From an uncultured Acidimicrobiaceae bacterium (GTDB lineage Bacteria > Actinomycetota > Acidimicrobiia > Spongiisociales > UBA5794), in assembly GCA_964505525.1 (NCBI GenBank), contig CAZDIQ010000002.1, positions 1 to 57,387 on the forward strand: a stretch of DNA of 57,387 bases, in the 5' to 3' direction. Below are positions 53,375 to 57,387 of this stretch, in pieces (position 1 is the first letter of the stretch; every line of letters begins with the position of its first letter). The notes under the pieces are model-generated. The model was not told where the DNA came from and searched no databases. It saw only the letters and a program-made list of their open reading frames with translations. Made by a program: the position numbers and the translations under genes.

Positions 53375-54541
53375 ATGGCCACGATCGTTGGTGTGAGGAC
53401 GGTGCCGTACAACTACACCATGACTCGCAGGATTGGTGATGTTCATCTCCCCGACGGCACGGATTCGGGCTCAGACATGGCCGTATTTGTCGATACCGAC
53501 GAAGGAATCTCGGGTGTGGCAATCGGGTACGGTCAAGGCTCAAGCGACGTCCAACGGTTCGCAAAACTCGTGATCGGCGAAGACCCGCGAGCGACTCGGG
53601 CACTGTGGGAACGGATGGTGGCGCTCAGCTTCAAGATGGGACTCGCCGGGGGTACGAAGATTGCAGTCTCAGCGATTGACGCTGCCTTGTGGGATCTCAA
53701 GGCGAAGCTGAATGGTGTGCCACTGTGGAAGGAGGTCGGCGCCGTTGAAGGATCCGCGGCAGGGTATGCAAGCGGTCTCGACACGCCATTGTCCGATTCA
53801 GAGCTTGACTCGTTCTACCGGAGGATGGCAGCCAGGGGATTCAATGCAGGGAAACTGAAGGTAGGCGCTGATCAGGACGCAGACCTTCGTCGGTTGGGCA
53901 TCATGAAGGAAGCCCTTGCTTCGAGTGGTAAGCACCCGGTTTTGATGGTCGATTCCAACGAGTACTGGACCCCCAAGCAGTCGATCGCACGAATTCGTGA
54001 GATGGAACGGGAGTTCGACCTTCTCTGGGCAGAAGAGCCAGCAGGCAGGCGGGATGTGGTAGGACTTCGCACCGTTTCTCGAGCAATAACCGCCGCAGTG
54101 GCAACCGGAGAGAACCTCGACAGCAGCGCGGATTTCGCAGCCCTGATACGTGCCGAAGCAGTCGACGTCATCCAAATCGGGGCCTTGACATCGGGGATCA
54201 CGGGAGCACTGCAGGTGGCCGATATGGCATACGCCAACGGCATTCCGGTCGCCATGATGAATTGTCCCGGGCGCCACATGGCCCATGTCGCCGCCGCGCT
54301 CCCTCATCATCTCATGATGGAGATTTTGGACTGCGGACGTGACCAAGCCTTCTCGCACGAAGCTGAGCTCGTGGACGGTCGTGTGCAATTGGGGAATGCA
54401 CCGGGATCCGGGATCGTGATTCGTGCCGAAGTCCTTGAGGGAACCGATGTCGTCGAACCGTCCCCTTCGTCGCTGAGGGCGATCTATCGCAAGTCGCCCG
54501 GTTCGTGGATCAACGAATCACGGTCGCCCGGACGCGAGTGA
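53375..54541 (+). CDS. Enolase-superfamily enzyme (mandelate racemase type), probable sugar-acid dehydratase
   Basis: GKLKVG (KxK), MVDSN, WAEEP and ATGEN metal ligands. RBS GGAGGTGA. It starts 1 nt after the GH172 stop. Confidence 0.85.
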   Translation: MATIVGVRTVPYNYTMTRRIGDVHLPDGTDSGSDMAVFVDTDEGISGVAIGYGQGSSDVQRFAKLVIGEDPRATRALWERMVALSFKMGLAGGTKIAVSAIDAALWDLKAKLNGVPLWKEVGAVEGSAAGYASGLDTPLSDSELDSFYRRMAARGFNAGKLKVGADQDADLRRLGIMKEALASSGKHPVLMVDSNEYWTPKQSIARIREMEREFDLLWAEEPAGRRDVVGLRTVSRAITAAVATGENLDSSADFAALIRAEAVDVIQIGALTSGITGALQVADMAYANGIPVAMMNCPGRHMAHVAAALPHHLMMEILDCGRDQAFSHEAELVDGRVQLGNAPGSGIVIRAEVLEGTDVVEPSPSSLRAIYRKSPGSWINESRSPGRE

Positions 54542-57196
54542 CTATTTCAGCGGGACAGGTGTGAACTCCACCAGTATCACAGCCCGCGGTGGCAACGAAA
54601 CGGTCACGGCTTCGCCGGGGGCAAATGACCCGAGCTGCGTGCTACCTCTCGTGCCCACAGCGACAGCGTCGGAGTATGCGACAATGCTCGGAACGAACGC
54701 AATCTCCTGGTTGGTCGCCGATAGCAGATTGACGAACAGGTGGCCCGTTTGGCCAGAATCGCAAGTCCATGCGACTTGGACGATGGAACCAGTGCGCAGC
54801 GTGCCGTCCTCAAGCCGAAGCCGGTGGACGGAATTGAAGTGACTCCAGTCAAGCGCGATGTCAGGAATGTCACTGAGAATCCTGCCTGACGGAATCATGC
54901 GGCCGTATGCCAGATACTTTGTGGCGAAGTCGGTTCGTGCTGCCGCAAGCTCACGGATGAACGCAATCTTTGCTGGATCCACCACGGGCGGGTCCAACTC
55001 CTCGTATATCTGATTGGTGTAGACAAGCTGATACGACGAGCCACTCATGCCAGGAAACAGTTCGAGGGGTGAGAACTCGTAGTTCAGCTGGAGCAAACCA
55101 CCCTCGAGCGATACGCGAGCACCGATCTCGTAGAAGATGTCGCCGAATTCGGGGGACAGCTTTGCCCATCCGTCGAGCATGACGGGGCCGTATTCGTGGT
55201 AGACATACGAGAACATGGGAATCTTTCGTGCCCGCCCGGTCTTCTGCCATTCGACGAATTCCTCGCCCTCCATCGTCGCCTGTACGCCAGCCCCCGCCCG
55301 GCATTGAGCGAAGTCGATCTCACCGATCAGATTCTCGATGATTACCTCGGTACCGATCGGTAGGTATGCACCGTGCGTCGCGCTTTTTTGGGCCGTTGCC
55401 CGTGACGTCGCAAGGACATCTGCGTAGGCATCAATCATGTATCGACCGAATCCTGTGGGGTGGTCATGCTTGTCGTTCATGCAGATTGTCGGCGTCGCAC
55501 AACTGGCACTGACGTCGTAGTAGATGCCATCCACCCCCTCCCGTGCGAGCTCCGTATCGACATCGGCATGCCATTGACGCCAGTAGTCGGTCGTTGGGCA
55601 CATGAACGCTGTGGTGAAGGGCGTGATCGGGACGTGGCAACCGTAGGCCTCAGTGTCGTGTCCGTACCCGATGAAGTCGCGCCACAGGAACGGCACGAGA
55701 TAGTCGCCGTTGCGCTTGAACGCCTCTCGATTCTGCTCGTCCCACACGACCGGAAGCCGCAACGGCTTGACGTTGAACGAGTCCCAAAGGTTCATCCGGA
55801 ATCTGACAAGGACATCTCGCAGTTCGTCTATGTTCTCTTCCGTGGCTGGGACACCGAGCACAGCCCCGAGTTCCTGAAGTGATGGCGTTGTGTTGTGCGG
55901 TGCCAACAGGTCCGCGAGCGCTCTCCATCGCTGTGGAGCGATATGAATCGCACCTCCTTCCCAATCGTGCCCGACGATATGCAGCACTGGTCCCCCCGTG
56001 ATTTCGTGGAAGGCGTCGAACCATTTGCTGATGTCAAAGGTGGCAGGTAGCCCGAAGGTATTGAATCCGACCTCTTCAACGAGCCACCGGCTCGCATCGC
56101 CGCCGTCGATGCGCTGTTTCAACGTGCCACGTCTTACCCAGTCGGGATGGCCATTTCCGCTGCCGGTGGCCCAGTCGCGGTACCGGTCGGCCGCCTCGAA
56201 CCAAGCCCCGTCCGTGGTCACACCGACAAGCGTCGGATACGAGATTTCCAAGTCTGAGCCTGTTGTCCAGTCCCAGGCGTAGTGCACGACGCTGGTGGTG
56301 AGTCCGTCGGTGCCGTCTGTCGAGTAGAAGTGGAACATCTTCTCGGTGGCGTGTGGGTCGTGGGTGGCAAAGTAGAAGCCCCCGATGTTCTCCTTGTAGA
56401 AGGTCCAGAACTGAGTGGGAGCCCCCTCGAAGCCGCTCGGGTACCCCCGGACCCGAAACAGACCGCCGTGGCCGTTGCCTTCGTCGGGATGTCCACTCGG
56501 ATCCGTGGTGGCAATGATCCGTCGCGCTCTCCACCCTTCCAGAATCTCTGGATCCTTGAACAACGTGTGCGGGTCATCGAATTGGAATCCGCCGTCCACA
56601 CTGTGGGCCAGACGATTGTCCGTGGACGATTCTCCCAGTGGGCGGATTCCATCGATGATCGGATACTCGATAGCCAGGACGGAGGCATCGGTACCGTTGA
56701 TGATGCGACTGGTGAACTCTGCGTCGGTCGCACCGTCACGGAGCTCGATACGTGCCTCGACCGTTATGCCGTCTGAACGCGTCCATTGGAGCGTGACGGC
56801 GGTTCCTTCATGAAACTCGCTGTCGAGCGATGCTTCGAAGTCGCCGAACTGATCCGACCAGCTTCCGCCGATGGTGTCCTTGAGAAAGTGAAGGAACATC
56901 TCGGTCTTGCCGGTGACCTGTCCGCGGAATGTTCCGCGGCGGTCGAAGACCCTCGGATCGATCTTCGCGAGCTGAATGCGGAAAGGTACTCGAGACCGCC
57001 ATTCCGGATTGACCATTTCGAGGTTTGCATCAAGATTGACCATGGATCGGATGGTCCCATCGGTGCCATCCACCTCTATGTGGAGGTGTTCGTTCTCTAC
57101 GACGATTGCACCTCGGTTCCCGACGGCCTCGTGACGAATGGTCGCGCGTCGTCTTGTGTCGACGGTGCCTGTGCGCACTCCCGAATGTTCTGTCAT
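54542..57196 (-). CDS. Large uncharacterised cytoplasmic protein, paralog family copy 4 of 4 (884 aa, most divergent)
   Basis: The family blocks are retained: GGFYFATHDP, AFMCPTTD, DGIYYDVSAS, ICMNDKHDHPTGFG, IGTEVI, IDFAQCRAGAG and LDGW...GDIFY. There are extra N-terminal sequence and a ~60-aa insertion after LHIVGHDW. The start is set at ATG 57196; the ORF is open to 57295. Confidence 0.8.
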   Translation of the reverse strand: MTEHSGVRTGTVDTRRRATIRHEAVGNRGAIVVENEHLHIEVDGTDGTIRSMVNLDANLEMVNPEWRSRVPFRIQLAKIDPRVFDRRGTFRGQVTGKTEMFLHFLKDTIGGSWSDQFGDFEASLDSEFHEGTAVTLQWTRSDGITVEARIELRDGATDAEFTSRIINGTDASVLAIEYPIIDGIRPLGESSTDNRLAHSVDGGFQFDDPHTLFKDPEILEGWRARRIIATTDPSGHPDEGNGHGGLFRVRGYPSGFEGAPTQFWTFYKENIGGFYFATHDPHATEKMFHFYSTDGTDGLTTSVVHYAWDWTTGSDLEISYPTLVGVTTDGAWFEAADRYRDWATGSGNGHPDWVRRGTLKQRIDGGDASRWLVEEVGFNTFGLPATFDISKWFDAFHEITGGPVLHIVGHDWEGGAIHIAPQRWRALADLLAPHNTTPSLQELGAVLGVPATEENIDELRDVLVRFRMNLWDSFNVKPLRLPVVWDEQNREAFKRNGDYLVPFLWRDFIGYGHDTEAYGCHVPITPFTTAFMCPTTDYWRQWHADVDTELAREGVDGIYYDVSASCATPTICMNDKHDHPTGFGRYMIDAYADVLATSRATAQKSATHGAYLPIGTEVIIENLIGEIDFAQCRAGAGVQATMEGEEFVEWQKTGRARKIPMFSYVYHEYGPVMLDGWAKLSPEFGDIFYEIGARVSLEGGLLQLNYEFSPLELFPGMSGSSYQLVYTNQIYEELDPPVVDPAKIAFIRELAAARTDFATKYLAYGRMIPSGRILSDIPDIALDWSHFNSVHRLRLEDGTLRTGSIVQVAWTCDSGQTGHLFVNLLSATNQEIAFVPSIVAYSDAVAVGTRGSTQLGSFAPGEAVTVSLPPRAVILVEFTPVPLK

Positions 57197-57277
57197 AAGG
57201 CATGCCTTTTCGAAGTGCGCAAAGGCTACTCGAATCGGAGCCACTTGGCACTCGGTTCGACCCGTCCCGGCGTGGTT

Positions 57278-57317
57278 GGCAGGCAGCAGGCACACTACGT
57301 CCTGCCCACTGCCTGCC
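57278..57317 (-). terminator. Terminator-like hairpin between the truncated upstream gene and paralog copy 4
   Basis: GGCAGGCAG-CAGG...CCTG-CCCA-CTGCCTGCC forms 9-bp and 4-bp stems. On the minus strand it begins 12 nt after the putative stop at 57329. Confidence 0.4.
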
Positions 57318-57328
57318 GGTAGTCACCT

Positions 57329-57387
57329 CTAACCCGGGAAGGCTGCGTCGTACATGGCCTGGAGCTCGGGGGTTGCCTCGCCGCTCA
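57329..57387 (-). CDS. 3' end of an unidentified gene running off the right edge
   Basis: The minus-strand frame reads ...SGEATPELQAMYDAAFPG-stop. Only 19 codons are visible, so this is a weak call. Confidence 0.3.
   Translation of the reverse strand, partial: SGEATPELQAMYDAAFPG

Noticed and set aside
1-57387. Search for CRISPR arrays, tRNA/rRNA genes, IS elements, integrases and prophage or defence-system genes
   Set aside because: I saw no direct-repeat/spacer arrays, no tRNA-like cloverleaf candidates in the short intergenic gaps, and no transposase, integrase or phage-like ORFs. Coding density and composition look uniform, so there is no support for a mobile element or a defence island.

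Overview
High-GC, actinobacterium-like chromosomal segment. It is densely coding on both strands, with many GTG starts and 4-nt ATGA/GTGA stop-start overlaps. I recognised no rRNA, tRNA, CRISPR array, transposase or integrase. The left ~10.5 kb carries: (1) the 3' end of a CUT2-type sugar ABC transporter (SBP tail, permease, single-domain ATPase); (2) two adjacent secreted proteins, a beta-helix protein and a GH114 endo-alpha-1,4-polygalactosaminidase-like enzyme, that share a near-identical ~735-bp C-terminal repeat module; (3) a GTGA-coupled minus-strand operon of class III nucleotidyl cyclase-TPR, amidohydrolase and GNAT. From ~10.6 kb to the right edge lies a ~47-kb cytoplasmic carbohydrate-catabolism island headed by an IclR regulator. 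Its most unusual content is four paralogous copies of a large (764-884 aa), signal-peptide-less protein that I cannot assign to any characterised family. The copies share strictly conserved blocks, including a C-P-x-T ... Y-D-(I/V)-S ... C-x5-H-x-H-x2-G signature. The island also holds three DUF2961/GH172 proteins and three enolase-superfamily (mandelate racemase-type) dehydratases. The remaining sugar-oxidation enzymes are FAH-fold enzymes, an SMP-30 lactonase, an aldo/keto reductase of the aldose-1-dehydrogenase type and a KGSADH-like aldehyde dehydrogenase. Also present are a SIS-only isomerase plus PfkB kinase pair and an Opp/Dpp-type (family 5 SBP) ABC importer split around one paralog. 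A redox sub-cluster holds a P450, a ferredoxin, a Rieske oxygenase, an FAD oxidase, an ADP-ribosylglycohydrolase and a uronate-dehydrogenase-like enzyme; a TMADH-like flavoprotein lies separately at 17.4 kb. A 1088-aa glycoside-hydrolase-like protein completes the set. A recurrent AT-rich motif (TTCT-N5-CGAAA) sits in at least six intergenic or promoter regions of the island and is a candidate operator for the IclR regulator. My working hypothesis (inference, not shown by the sequence) is an uptake and catabolism locus for furanosidic oligosaccharides, with D-arabinofuranoside or fructofuranoside substrates as candidates because of GH172. In that model the four-member paralog family would be a new cytoplasmic glycan-processing enzyme family.
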